Source of the DNA: Phoronis australis | Taxonomy: Eukaryota > Animalia > Phoronida | DNA length: 64,000 bases | Reading direction: 5' to 3' | Assembly: GCA_002633005.1 (NCBI GenBank) | Contig: NMRA01000518.1 | Location: 62,001-126,000, forward strand | Shown here: positions 1 through 14,238 of the stretch, piece after piece | Position numbering within the stretch: position 1 is the first letter of the stretch | How the letters are laid out: every line of letters begins with the position of its first letter | Program-made: the position numbers and the translations under genes | Notes under the pieces: generated by a model | Told to the model about the DNA's origin: nothing | Seen by the model: the letters and a program-made list of their open reading frames with translations, nothing else | Database searches by the model: none

Positions 1-3000
1 TGTCGAGTTCGAGCTCTGCTAAATCCAATACTTACATTGATTTGAGATCTTTCCGTAATCAAGACACATCTAAGACTTTACCATGTATTAAAAGGGGGAC
101 CTCAGTTGAGAAAGAGTTGCCAAAAACAACTTCGAAAAGAAAACCCAATGAAACAACCATTGTACCTATGCCTTCTACCCAACTGTCAGTCACATCTGAA
201 AAGCCAGGTAGCACGGTTTCCAAGTCATATAAAGAGACTGATCTGTTAACAACTGTTTCTAGTGATATTATGCACACCAATCATACTGCACACGTGCCTG
301 ATACCACTGCACATGACACTAGGACTACTGCACAAATGCCTGATACCACTGCACATGACACTGGGACTACTTCACATGTGCCTGATACCACTACACATGA
401 CACTGGGACTACTTCACATGTGCCTGATACCACTACACATGACACTGGGACTACTTCACATGTGCCTGATACCACTGCACATGACACTGAGACTACTTCA
501 CACATGCCTGATACCACTACACATGACACTGGGACTACTTCACATGTGCCTGATACCACTACACATGACACTGGGACTACTTCACANCGTCGGGTGTACC
601 ACATGACACAATGTCTACGACATCAGTCGTAATGACCACAGTGAGCTCGCAAAGCTCAAAGTTAACAACTTCTCAGGCAGATGGTATTATGTCTACCAAA
701 TTAATGGACTTGCCCACTACAATTGACTCATTGGAAGTTGATGGCAGTGGGGATGTAGATGTGACAGGCGATGTAGTGAGTACAACAACAACTGATGGGG
801 TTGAACTTACTACTGATGATTCAACATTAGACAATGTCACTGCTACCACAGTACCGATAACTTCAGGCGATACTGCAACTTTGAAGACTACTGGTGAGTC
901 AGATAGTTCTACAGATTCACCTGCCACAACTCTCGATGGGAAACTGTCTGTAACAACAGCATCATTTTCTGAGGACTCATCTGTTAGTTCTACAATGCAA
1001 ACGGATCTGCCAGTTAGATCATCAACACCAGTGAAAGATAGTACTACTTCCTCAGACATGAAACTAACGACAGCCAAACAAGTTTCAGATGATTCTAAAT
1101 TGGATAATCTGATTGTTGTTACAACAGTTAAGCCTCTAAGTGAAGTCTCCACTTTGGCAACAGAAGACCTTGCTGTCACTACAAAATTGTTTTCCACAAC
1201 TTCTGATGCTGTAACTGACAAAAGTGTAACGACCTCAGATATGGGAAACACCACCATGAAACCTAGTTCTAGCAGCGAATCGGCACTGCCTGATGTGACT
1301 ACTAACAATGTTCCCGCGTCAAAGGAACTACCCACTGGTGTCTCTAGGACAGCTACAGTTATTACACAAACTAAAACACCATATTTGTCTACTGTTGCAA
1401 CAGATGATTCAGTTTCTACACCAGGTGTTGAGACAACGGGGGTAACACGTGACAAGATGACTACAAAGTCAGATGTAAAGACCTCAGTGAGCTCGCAAAG
1501 CGCAAAAACAACTCAGCCACATGACACGTCTACCAAATCAATAGACTTGTCCACTGCAACATTAGACAAACTTACTGATACCGCAACACCAACAACTTCC
1601 GAGTCGACTGTTGATTTACAAGCTTCTACTGACTCATCTACCACAACTCCTCATCAAAATATATCTGGAACTACAGGCTCATTTTCTCAGGCATCTTCTG
1701 TTGCTTCGGATGTGCAAACGGATTTGCCTGTGATGTCATCAACAGCTATTAGGGACACTGTTACTCCCTCAGACATGACACAAACTACATCCAAACAATT
1801 AACTGAAGATGTTAAATCAGACAATCTTATCGCTGCTACTACAGCCAAATCATTAAGTGAATTGTCTACTTTAGCAAAAGAAGATATTGTTGCCACTACG
1901 AAATCTTTTGACACAATTTCTGATTCTGTAACCGACAAAAATGCAACAAAGTTAGGTATTGGAACCACCACTNCAAAATCTTTTGACACAACTTCTGATT
2001 CTGTAACCGACAAAAATGCAACAAAGTTAGGTATTGGAACCACCACTTTGGAACCTCATAGTTCTAGCAGTGAATCAACATCGCGTGATGTGACCACTAA
2101 GGAGGGTCCAATGACAAAGGAAGTGCCTACTGATATCTCTAAGCGTACTACAGTGGGTACACAATCTCAAGCGCCATATCTGTCTTCTTTTGCAACTGAA
2201 GAGTCTCTTTCTTCACCAGTTGCTGAAACGTCGGGTGTACCACATGACACAATGTCTACGACATCAGTCGTAATGACCACAGTGAGCTCGCAAAGCTCAA
2301 AGTTAACAACTTCTCAGGCGGATGGCATTATGTCTACCAAATTAATGGACTTGCCCACTACAATTGACTCATTGGAAGTTGATGGCAGTGGGGATGTAGA
2401 TGTGACAGGCGATGTAGTGAGTACAACAACAACTGATGGGGTTGAACTTACTACTGATGATTCAACGTTAGACAATGTCACTGCTACCACAGTACCGATA
2501 ACTTCAGGCGATACTGCAACTTTGAAGACTACTGGTGAGTCAGANTACCGATAACTTTAGGCGATACTGCAACTTTGAAGACTACTGGTGAGTCAGATAG
2601 TTCTACAGATTCACCTGCCACAACTCTCGATGAGAAACTGCCTGTAACAACAGCATCATTTTCTGAGGACTCATCTGTTAGTTCTACAATGCAAACGGAT
2701 CTGCCAGTTAGATCATCAACACCTGTTAAAGATAGTACTACTCCCTCAGATATGAAACTAACAACAGCCAAACAAGTTTCAGATGATTCTAAATTGGATA
2801 AACTTATTGTTGTTACAACAGTTAAGCCTCTAAGTGAGGTCTCGACTTTGGCAACAGAAGACCTTGCTGTCACTACAAAATTGTTTGCCACAACTTCTGA
2901 TGCTGTAGCTGACAAAAGTGTAACAACCTCAGATATGGGAAGCACCACCATGAAACCTAGTTCTAGCAGTGAATCAGCATTGCCTGATGTGACTACTAAC

Positions 3001-6000
3001 AACGTTCCCATGTCAAAGGAAATACCCACTGATGTCTCTAGGACAGCTACAGTTATTACACAAACTAAAACACCATATTTGTCTACTATTGCAACAGATG
3101 ATTCAGTTTCTACACCAGGTGTTGAGACGACGGAGGTAACACATGACAAGATGACTACAAAGTCAGACGTAAAGACCTCAGTGAGCTCGCAAAGCGCAAA
3201 AACAACTTCTCAGCCAGATGACACGTCTACCAAATCAATAGATTTGTCCAATGCAACATTAGACAAACTTACTGATACCGTAACACCAACAACTTCCGAG
3301 TCGACTGTTGATTTACAAGCTTCTACTGACTCATCTACCACAACTCCTCATCAAAATATATCTGGAACTACAGACTTATTTTCTCAGGCATCTTCTGTTG
3401 CTTCGGATGTGCAAACCGATTTGCCTGTGATGTCATCAACAGCTATTATGGACACTGTTATTCCCTCAGACATGACACAAACTACATCCAAACAATTAAC
3501 TGAAGATGTTAAATCAGACAATCTAATCGCTGCTACTACAGCCAAATCATTAAGTGAATTGTCTACTTTAGCAACAGAAGATATTGTTGCGACTACAAAA
3601 TCTTTTGGCACAACTTCTGATTCTGTAACCGACAAAAATGCAACAAAGTTAGGTATTGGAACCACCACTTTAGAACCTCATAGTTCTAGCAGTGAATCAG
3701 CATCGCGTGATGTGACCACTAAGGAGGGTCCAATGACAAAGGAAGTGCCTACTGATATCTCTAAGCGTACTACAGTGGGTACACAATCTCAAACGCCATA
3801 TCTGTCTTCTTTTGCAACTGAAGAGTCTCTTTCTACACCAGTTGCTGAAACGTCGGGTGTACCACATGACACAATGTCTACGACATCAGTCGTAATGACC
3901 ACAGTGAGCTCGCAAAGCTCAAAGTTAACAACTTCTCAGGCAGATGGTATTATGTCTACCAAATTAATGGACTTGCCCACTACAATTGACTCATTGGAAG
4001 TTGATGGCAGTGGGGATGTAGATGTGACAGGCGATGTAGTGAGTACAACAACAACTGATGGGGTTGAACTTACTACTGATGATTCAACATTAGACAATGT
4101 CACTGCTACCACAGTACCGATAACTTCAGGCGATACTGCAACTTTGAAGACTACTGGTGAGTCAGATAGTTCTACAGATTCACCTGCCACAACTCTCGAT
4201 GAGAAACTGTCTGTAACAACAGCATCATTTTCTGAGGACTCATCTGTTAGTTCTACAATGCAAACGGATCTGCCAGTTAGATCATCAACACCAGTTAAAG
4301 ATAGTACTACTTCCTCAGACATGAAACTAACAACAGCCAAACAAGTTTCAGATGATTCTAAATTGGATAATCTGATTGTTGTTACAACAGTTAAGCCTCT
4401 AAGTGAGGTCTCGACTTTGGCAACAGAAGACCTTGCTGTCACTACAAAATTGTTTGCCACAACTTCTGATGCTGTAACTGACAAAAGTGTAACGACCTCA
4501 GATATGGGAAGCACCACCACGAAACCTAGTTCTAGCAGCGAATCAGCACTGCCTGATGTGACTACTAACAACGTTCCCATGTCAAAGGAAATACCCACTG
4601 ATGTCTCTAGGACAGCTACAGTTATTACACATACTAAAACACCATATTTGTCTACTGTTGCAACAGATGATTCAGTTTCTACACCAGGTGTTGAGACGAC
4701 GGGGGTAACACGTGACAAGATGACTACAAAGTCAGACGTAAATACCTCAGTGAGCTCGCAAAGCGCAAAAGCAACTTCTCAGCCAGATGACACGTCTACC
4801 AAATCAATAGACTTGTCCACTGCAACATTAGACAAACTTACTGATACCGTAACACCAACAACTTATGAGTCGACTGTTGATTTACAAGCTTCTACTGACT
4901 CATCTACCACAACTCCTCATCAAAATATATCTGGAACTATAAGTTCATTTTCTCATGACCCTTCTGTTGCTGTTGATTTGGAAACTAAGCAGCATGTCAT
5001 GTTGACAACACCAGGTGTAAAAGTTGACATGAAACAAACAACCACTGATGACTTGAAGTCAGACAATCTCATTTCTGCTACAACACCTAGATCTTTTAGT
5101 GAACTGCCCTCTCTTGCAACGAAAGACAGTGCTTCCTCTATAGCATCTGTTGACACAACATCTGGTACTATTTTGGACAAAAGTGTAACTCGCTTAGACA
5201 AAGTGATCAGCACGAAAACTTACAGTGACACCAGAATGTTTACATCACATGATATGACATCTAAAGATGTGTCTGTGGCAAAGGAAATCTCCACTGATAG
5301 CACCGCTGTATTTACCCAATCTGAAAGGCCGTCGCCCACAGAGTTGTTCACCCCTACTGCAGTTAGTGTTGTTACTGAAAATGCGACTATTTCAACCAGC
5401 AGTTTATCACATAATGTTACTAAAACATTAATGAACAAGACCTTACCTCAAATATTGTCTACATTATCTATGGTCACGGACCAGCCTTTACTTAATGCGT
5501 CAACTGGTGTTACATCAGTTAGTGAGTATTTTAACAAAACCTTAGCATTACATTCTGCTTCTACTATGCCTGCTAATACGACTGAGAAAGTTATAACTAA
5601 CCAGGTTACTATGTCGTTTTCAACCACAATTGATGTTGATATGTTGACACAGACAGAATCTCATATTTCAGAGTCTACTATACCGTCAACTACAGAATCT
5701 TACACGGATTCTGAGGACGGCAGCGGAGATGTAGATACTACAACCCCTGAGGTTGTTGTGGATATTACAGGTACATATTTCCCTGAGGTAAAAACCTCTC
5801 TGGCACCAACTTCTGAGCTGTCAAATGTAACCACGCTTTCCAATATTACTTCAACATTCACAGCCGGGCAAGCATCACCTGTCAGCACTTCTCTACCTGC
5901 TTCTGCACATGCTAACGTCACCATTGTTTCAGGTTTGCCTAGTTTAAGTACACCTGTGCACAAGAAAACCACCGTGGAACAGCTTGTTAATGTCACTCCT

Positions 6001-7369
6001 GGTGCTCACTCTAAAATGTCTACGCGTGCTCCCTCTGGAACTATCAGTACATCTTCCTCACGTGTTGTAGATTCACTTGTAGATGGTAGACCTTCCAACA
6101 AATCTGAACCATATGTCACTACCTCTATCCCCATCTCTGCTATTCCATCTAATGCCACCTTGACTGTTGAGCATTCCACGTCACCACCTCCATCATCTAG
6201 TTCTTCTGCACCTAATGTCACTCTTGCACCTGTTGTAAGTTTTACAGATGTTCCTGTCAGGACTTCAACAACTGCAAATGAAAGTCGACAAGACACTGCA
6301 CAAACCTCGAGTGAAAGCTATTTAGTGTCTTCTGAAACTCCTGCCGCTGCTTCAACTAGTTTTGCATTGACTTCATCGCAGATAACTCAGAACGCTTCTT
6401 TTGCTTCCTCTAGCACTAGACCAATCAGCACAGAACTGCACACAACAGTTGCACAACCTGCTGCTACAGGATCCACACCTCCCACCCTTTCTTCCACCTT
6501 ACGCACATCACAGACATCCCATGCTTACTTTACAAATGGCTCAACTGATATTAGCTACGTGACAACTGCAATGAGGGTTGACGTAACATCTAATGATACT
6601 GAGGGATCTACAACTACAAGTCCATCTGCTGCAAGTATGAATGTAACAATTAAAAGTTCAGCGACTTCTGCCACTCTTAAAGCTAGTACTGTTACCACAC
6701 AGATGTCTACGACTGTGTCAGATGATACCATGATAAACGCTACTCAGTCAGATCGTGGCGCTCAAAGTACCTCTGGCAGGACAGTTGTCCCAGCATCAAC
6801 AACAACAGCTGTGGCAGGTGTCACCTTGTTCAACGCTACGCAGATGGAAATGAATGCAACAAAACCGGTAACAGTTGCTACCACTCAGGGGATGTTAAGT
6901 GTAACAGATGACATGGTGAATGCTACTCATCTGGTTGATAATGAAACGGATTCTTTTGTCACAGACAAAACCACAGTTTCTGTAACTGCTCGTCCTATCA
7001 GTACCACTCAGACAGTGTTGACTGTGACAGAAGGCTCAGGGAATGCTACTCAGTTGGTTAACATTGCTCAACTGGTGGAGAATGGTACAGTTACTGCGCC
7101 GATAGAGAATGGGACAGATGCCACCACTGAGAGAACTACATTATCCAAGGCGAGTGTGGGAACTACATTGCCTAGTGACGCCATGGCGAATGCTACTCAG
7201 GCAGTTACGAATGGAACAAGTTCACCTGCTATGGCCAATCAAACTGAGATGGGTGTCCCAACCAGTGTAGAGGTTGATGCCGTTCATTCCACCACAACTG
7301 TGGCCCCTGTCACTGACCTGACTGTTTTAAGCACGCTTGCACCAGAACTAACCACTGATACAGCTACTG
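1..7369 (+). CDS. Giant Ser/Thr-rich mucin/proteoglycan-like exon (5'-partial)
   Basis: Open from position 3. Frame changes occur only at N joins 587 and 2545. Donor ACTG|GTCAGT at 7369 is phase 1. Contains DGSGD motifs and many NxS/T sequons. Confidence 0.85.
285..586 (+). repeat. Coding 42-nt tandem repeat (HVPDTTTHDTGTTS), about 7 copies, cut by N
   Basis: Unit cacatgtgcctgataccactacacatgacactgggactactt visible directly. Confidence 0.95.
588..4950 (+). repeat. Coding tandem repeat of about 1.57 kb (about 523 aa), about 2.7 copies
   Basis: cgtcgggtgtaccacatgacacaatg recurs at 588, 2229 and 3851. Spacing is about 1569 nt after removing short overlaps duplicated at the N joins. Confidence 0.85.
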
Positions 7370-7624
7370 GTCAGTTGATCTTTTATTAATTTGCAAGGCT
7401 TATTATACTAGTTTGCTTACGCATTAAGCTTTGTATTTATTTCTGCTTTAGTTTTCCTAGTATTAGTGAAGAAATGCGTTTGTTATGAATTAGATATTAA
7501 ACTGCATATGAGTTTTGAAGTGTTAATTTTAATAATTCCATTTGTCTATTTTTGTTAGCATCTACACGGACCATGTATTGTTATGGTGAGAGGCATGATG
7601 TAATTTTTAGTATCTTCATTATAG

Positions 7625-8902
7625 ATTCTGGCATTACATCAACAAAACCAGCAACGCCAACTCCTGGCAGATGTGCTCAAACTGAGTTTGGTTGTTGCCC
7701 AGATGGCATAAGTGCAAAGGCTGGTCCCACAACAGAGGGGTGTTTGGATTACATCATTATTGATGACTGTAATATCACACTGTGGGGCTGCTGCCCCGGA
7801 ACTAACATTACTGCTGATGGGCCAAATCAAGAAGGATGTGATGAAATCATAGCTGAACTAGGATGCACAATCAGTCCTCATGGCTGTTGTCCTGATGGTG
7901 TGAGACCAGCTGATGGTCCAAGTGGCGAGGGGTGCTGTCAAAGTGCTGAGTTTGGTTGTTGCAGTGACAACATTACCATTTCTGAAGGCCCTAATCAGGA
8001 AGGGTGTCCAGGCACTGTTGTTAATGATTGTGAGCTATCGGAATTTGGATGCTGTCCTAACTCAAATAAGTCGGCTAAAGGCTTTTATAATGAAGGCTGT
8101 GAGGACAGTGTGGTGTCCTGTGAGGAGTCCAAGTTTGGTTGTTGTTGGGATGACATCACTGTTGCTGTTGATGAGTACGGCTCGAACTGTCCACCGATAC
8201 CTTGCTATGCATCACGATTTGGTTGTTGTCCTGATAATGAAACTACAGCTGAAGGTCCGGATGGTGAAGGATGCCACCCTATTGTTGGTGGTTGTGCAGG
8301 AACGGAACATGGTTGTTGTCCTGATAATGAAACTGCCGCAACTGGTCCCGATGGTGAAGGATGTTATCCCATTTTTGGTGGCTGTGCTGGAACTCAGCAT
8401 GGTTGTTGTCCTGATAACGAAACTGCCGCAACTGGTCCTGATGGTGAAGGATGTTACCCCATTTTTGGCGGCTGTGCTGGAACTCAACATGGTTGTTGTC
8501 CTGATAATGAAACTGCTGCGGCTGGTCCCGATGGGGAAGGATGTTATCCCATTTTAGGTGGCTGTGCTGGAACTCAGCATGGTTGTTGTCCTGATAACGA
8601 AACTGCTGCGGCTGGTCCTGATGGTGAAGGATGTTATCCCATTTTAGGTGGCTGTGCTGGAACTCAGCATGGTTGTTGTCCTGATAATGAAACTGCTGCG
8701 GCTGGTCCTGATGGTGAAGGATGTTTCCCCATTTTTGGCGGCTGTGCTGGAACTCGACATGGTTGTTGTCCTGATAATGAAACTGCCGCCACTGGACCTG
8801 ATGGTGCAGGATGTTCTCAAAGGGTTGAAACAAACTGTGACACAAGTCCCTATGGGTGTTGTCCTGATGGCATTAATGATGCTCTTGGAACAAAGTTTCA
8901 AG
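7625..8902 (+). CDS. Exon with 14 Cys-rich lagrin-type repeats (CxxxxxGCCPD..GP..GC)
   Basis: Acceptor ttatag|AT and donor CAAG|GTATTC, phase 1-1, inside ORF 7552-8937. Confidence 0.92.
8221..8815 (+). repeat. Coding 90-nt tandem repeat (GCCPDNETAATGPDGEGCYPIFGGCAGTQH), about 6.5 copies
   Basis: ggttgttgtcctgataa recurs every 90 nt from 8221 to 8761. Confidence 0.95.
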
Positions 8903-10005
8903 GTATTCTTGTAACATTGTTTTTAGTTCATTCATGACAGCTTTTTCTGCAACACATCCTTGATAGTTTTGCATAACATGCCAGTGTGATTGCTTCCCAT
9001 TCTCAATATGTGATAACTGAACAAAAATTAGATTTATAGTTGCTGTGCTCAATCTAGTGTTTGGTGTGATAGCCTACACACTTTGATGGTGGCCATATTG
9101 GTTATGGCACCTCGCATGACGACTTGTGAATTCCAAATTTTTAATTTTCCCAAGAGCAAAATCACTTATCATCCTATTAAAACATTAGTTGAAAACAATT
9201 TTATAGGTGTAGTGTGTTCAATACTAAACACACTTGTGGTACAACTACAGTTAAATTACTTTACAATCTCCAGTTTAGGACACACTTTGACCAACAAGTG
9301 AAATTTTATTTCGTCATTTATCCATGCAACATAAGCGGCACCAAATTTGAAATGTTTAAGTTATGCACCACAGTTACCACCACACAAAGTTTTGATATAT
9401 TATATGTATTGGCAACAATGTTGGAAGCCTTTTAAAATACAAAATGGCAATTTTGGTGATCATTTTTGTTCAAATTTGGAAAGCTTTTACCGTTTTCATC
9501 CATAGTGGTACTATTTGATTTCAACAGCAAGTTTTCATCAAGAACTGTTTTATTAAACACATCATTCCATGTTATGTAGTTACCAGCCCTTGTCAGACTT
9601 TGGAGAGGCACGCTAATTCCTCATCTCTGTGTTTCTTTGATCAAATTAGTTAGGAACACAACATATAGCGATGATGTAAATATGAAGTAGGTTGAAAATT
9701 GCCAAATGTTTTTAAGTATGAGTTTTGTGTGGAAAATGATCTGCCGTAAATCACTGAATCGTGACATGGTGTTGGGGAATAATACTGCATGATGCGGCCC
9801 CCCAAGTTATGTCACCTATGTGCAGAATTTTTTGTTTTCACATTTACAAGTTGTCAATAAATACAATCCCACTTCACTTAGCATAGATGATGTTCTAATA
9901 GCATTGTTGTTTTGTTCCTGCTATACATTAGCATAGTTTGGAGCATGCAAATACATATTTAAATGTTGTCAAAACTGGTACTGGAACGTTCGTCACATCC
10001 TCCAG

Positions 10006-10128
10006 GTTGTAGTGACGTCGTTGAATCATCTGAGTGCCAAGACAGCGACTTTGGCTGCTGCCCTGATAACTTGACACCTGCATCGGGTCGCCACTTTGCT
10101 GGCTGTCCAGGTGTGGTAAGACAGGGAG
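10006..10128 (+). CDS. Exon with the last lagrin-type repeat
   Basis: tccag|GT and GAG|GTATGT, phase 1-1. Encodes CQDSDFGCCPDNLTPASGRHFAGCP. Confidence 0.85.
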
Positions 10129-11660
10129 GTATGTACTGGACTTTATATTAATTAACTTGCAATGCACACCATACGTTATTGGGCAAATTGTCCTTTCCCT
10201 GTCTTGACGCGTCATTGCCACTAAGTCCTAATTAAAAATGGCATTTCTATGATGTTAACATTTTGGTAGATTTCATTTTCAGTCCCAGTCATGGAAGATA
10301 GCTACTATGATGTTGGTTAGCTCTTACAATCATCTGTCATGACAGGGAAATGATGTTTTGTCTGTCTGAATATTGGTGTTGTTTTGTCTCTTAATAACAA
10401 TTTTGTGTTACAATGGGAAAGTAAGTATTTCGATCAATGTTGCAGCTTGTATGAAATACGAGAAATTTGCGGTATGGGGCATTGTCAGTTCAAGAGTATT
10501 GGCAGCAAATGTTTACTGATGTTTAACTGATCAACATTACTTCATAAAAATTCAGATAATGTTGCTCAGAAACATGTTATGGTACACATAAGGAATGGAT
10601 AAATCACCCATTTTCTGAATTTCAGAATTGGTAGCATCCGATTTCAATTAGGATTTCGGTTTCGTAAATTTTGAGACTGCCCAAAGTAAAGATTTTTTAC
10701 CGTATGAAAAGTGCTATTTCTTGTGAGTATTCAAGTAAATTGGGCATATATTTGTCAGGTGTATAGGTTAGTTTAAGTCTGTAATATGAAAAAAAGATTT
10801 ACTGTTTATTTTTTCAAATCTGAAATGAGAGTTCAATGCCCAGATATTCAGAGGGTTCATAGTCTAATTTTTAAACTGGAATTAATTCTTATTTTTTGTT
10901 CTAAGTTATCACAAATTCAAGATCAGTTTCTATTTGTTATGCTCAAGTACTTAATGGTCTACGCAGAGGAGTTCATAGTCAATGTTCACAGTGTAAATAC
11001 TCAACATTTCGAGTAGGAGTTGAAGATTTCACATTGAGACAACAAGATTGTGTATGGAAGCACAGAATAATAACCACCAAAGTGTAATGGAAAGTAACAA
11101 AAGTAATTTGTGGTCGATTTCAAGATTAGACCCAAGAGCCTGGTCTATTCCAATCTATCCAGTCTATGAACTGACATGGGTGATATGATAGCTGAGACAT
11201 TGATTTATGTGTTGTTACTATGTATTGCATCCTGTCCCTACATGTGCTCAAGAATGGTGGTGCATCAAGTTAGGAAATGTTGCACCATGTTTGATAAGCT
11301 CAAGTTTTCTGCTTTTAAGTCAAGTTATTGATTCAGAAATTGTGTTTCAAAGTGGTACATTATTATTTAGTCGTAAAAGTAACTGTGTGCCCAGCAATTA
11401 AAATAATGTGCAATTGCCGTTTTGTGAGTTTACAAAAAAGGAATATTACTACAGGAGATCACGATTTGCAATTTGCACCTTGTTTGAATTTTTGTGTGGG
11501 GAGAACCCTGTTAGATACGGGTTTTCATGTTGTTTTGTATTGTTGGGGTGTTGATCATATCTGCATAATGTGTAGGTATTAGGCAAGCTACAATGGATTG
11601 AATGTGCAATTAACATACCTGTTTTCAAAAAAATTTACTTTTGGTTTAGACTTTTTACTG

Positions 11661-11769
11661 ATAATATGAAACTGATTGCAACTTGTTCTTCAGAAATGAT
11701 TTTTGGGGAAGATAAGATAATATGAAACTGATTGCAACTTGTTCTTCAGAAATGATTTTTTGGGAAGAT
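11661..11769. repeat. Intronic tandem duplication of about 55 nt
   Basis: ataatatgaaactgattgcaacttgttcttcagaaatgattttt occurs twice. Confidence 0.9.
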
Positions 11770-11918
11770 CTAAGTTTTAGTTATTGTTTGAGGCCATGCT
11801 TACAAAGCTAGTTTGGCTTGTTTGAAGTAACAACACCCAGTTCTGCCCCAACCTAGAAAGGACTAAAGGTTTTTCTGATGACAAGTGAGTGTTGTTGATG
11901 GTAGATTTGTTTTGCTAG

Positions 11919-12095
11919 AGCATTGTGCACTACACGAGGACAGTGGCGAATGTTCCAAGTGGACTGTCAAGTGGTTTTTCAATGTCAACGCTGGTGCCTG
12001 CCGTCGGTTCTGGTATGGTGGTTGTAATGGCAATGGCAATCGCTATTCATCCAAAGAAGAGTGCATTTCCAAGTGCGTGGAACCAGAGGGCATAG
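11919..12095 (+). CDS. Kunitz exon K1 (P1 Ser)
   Basis: CALHEDSGECSKWTVKWFF..CRRFWYGGCNGNGNRY; ctag|AG and ATAG|GTATGT. Confidence 0.93.
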   Translation, partial: SIVHYTRTVANVPSGLSSGFSMSTLVPAVGSGMVVVMAMAIAIHPKKSAFPSAWNQRA

Positions 12096-12639
12096 GTATG
12101 TACTTACCAAGGATTTATTTGTGTAACACATGGGTTCATTGGTGGGATGATCTGGTTCCAATTGATCATTGGACAGATTGGACTGCCGTGGCTCCCCCTG
12201 TTAACCATTTAGTTTTTGACATTTGTTTTTGATTGACCTTGAGAAAGAAAGGTATGTGGCTGGGATGTGCCAGTACCATTCAGTTATCAGCTTTGATATC
12301 ATAGTGGTCAAATTTGTCTTGCTTACATTACATGAAACTATATCAACACTCCTAGAAGTGTACGGTTTGCTATTGATCAGGGTACAGGAATGCTACAAAT
12401 ACGGTATATGCGGAAAATAATCTGACAAAATATCATTTCCCCTGCATCATGGGTATTGAATGACCTGCCCTACTCATCATGGGGGTCTTTCTAGCTATTC
12501 TGAAGGTGAATTTTGCATGCGCTCAGCCATCACGACGGAGAATTCCCATCATTTTGTCTGACTGTATATGCATGCAGTGTATGGAAATCGATAGAATTTG
12601 TGAATTTCATATCTTAAGTGAACAAAAACCTACTACACA

Positions 12640-13560
12640 TAGTGAACCTAAATATCGGATGGACTCTAAATATCGGACGTTGCATAAAATCTTACTTGAA
12701 GCATCATCTGAGAAATAAATGACATCAATTTTTGTCCTGTTGTAATGCATTCAATGTCCGGCACTATCTTGTTTTTATTGCGTTGCCTCGTTTTGATTTC
12801 ACCGAGAGAGGGTGAAATTTAGACCTAAAATGGGCGATCGCATAAACTGGTTATGAAAATTGAAAACAAAATCTTTCCACAATGAAATCATCTCAATTAA
12901 CTGCGCCAGATAAACTAGACAATGAGTTGTAAGTTAAACGAGTTTAAATCGCAGCCGACAATACAACGAGGCGGAACCGGAAGGGCTCCCACCAAACACA
13001 GTCGTACGAATAATAATGCAATGGCGCTGGCAATACGCCACTGTTTCATTTTTTCATATGTTTTAACCTCAAGTTAAACCCCGGCTGCGCATGTGCATGT
13101 GTCATATCAAGAATGTGAAGGAATACAAAAAATTGTAGTGAGGTTGTACGTGCTTTAGTCGTTTGCAATGATTCATTGAAACAACTTGGTGCTGTCATCA
13201 GATTGCATTTTATGATAATTTTGTTGCTAAGAGAGCTGTTTTCTAGCAGAAAATGTATAAGAACACACGAGCTGCAATTTGGCAACAAGGTGCCCGTGTC
13301 CATTACATAGTTAGCCACTTTTCTGCGGTGTGGCGTATGCAGAAACATGGTGTCCAATGTCTAGGTTTTCCAAATTTGCTAGTTGTTTTTTTAATGATCA
13401 GTCGGAACATAAATATGGCTTTCGGTGACAAGATGTAGTAACGAAACAATTCTGTAAAGGTATTAAGTCTTTATTTCAATAAAGAATTTACAACAATCGG
13501 TAGTGTTTCCAATTATGCAAAATGTGCCAAAACGTCCGATATTTAGGTCACTTGACTATA
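12640..13560. mobile_element. Putative non-autonomous DNA transposon with imperfect terminal inverted repeats
   Basis: Left end cctaaatatcggat..ctaaatatcggacgtt; right end aacgtccgatatttaggt, its reverse complement. No ORF of note inside. Confidence 0.5.
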
Positions 13561-14238
13561 CTCTGTATTGAGCACTTGCACTGAATAGTGTGTGAAAACT
13601 AAATTGGATTTTTTAAGGTTAAGTGTGAACTCACTTTATTCTATGGAATTAAACGCAGTAGAATTATGATTATAGTTTCCCATAGTAGAAACTGTAGATT
13701 TTGGTTTTTGACATAATTTTGCCACTAATTGAGTTTCGTGACCGTGACTTTTTGCTAAAAAAAGAAAGTTACATTCCTGGCAAAACAACGTTACCATGAA
13801 AATGACCATCTTTTGATTTTATATGTAGTGTTAATGATTAACTCTCAAAAATGCTTTCATAGATTTCTAAATTATTTTTATTTTCAGTTTTGATTACTTT
13901 TTAGAAAATCCTAAATGTTCGATTTTTGATAGACATGAAAATGTGGAACACTTTGAAAGCCATTCCTCACTACATTTTGGAGGACAGTGCCTGGCTGTTA
14001 CATCTGAAAGTTTCAGTCAGTGTATCTGATCTATTTCTGAGATGATTTTTCTGTAGTTACCATAGCCAACTGAGAATTGTTCTCTTGTTTCATAAGAAAC
14101 ATAATATGATTGCTATAACTATTTGTTATTGCAGTTGTTAGTAAGCAGCAATAATAAAATTTCAAAAAACAACATTCACCATTTGAATTTCAAAATGCTC
14201 TATGAAGTCTTAATTGCTTGGCTCTTGTTGCCTTGCAG

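Noticed and set aside
59-6296. Val/Ser-rich minus-strand and alternative-frame ORFs over the mucin exon
   Set aside because: Antisense or shifted shadows of Thr/Ser repeat codons; no independent gene signals.
8278-8745. IVGG/IFGG/ILGG resembling a serine-protease mature N-terminus
   Set aside because: Preceded by Pro, embedded in Cys repeats, and no protease domain follows.
285-8815. Regular repeats as a CRISPR-like array
   Set aside because: No unique spacers, in-frame coding units, spliced eukaryotic context.
8279-8845. His/Gln-rich repetitive minus-strand ORF
   Set aside because: Reverse reading of the 90-nt lagrin repeat.
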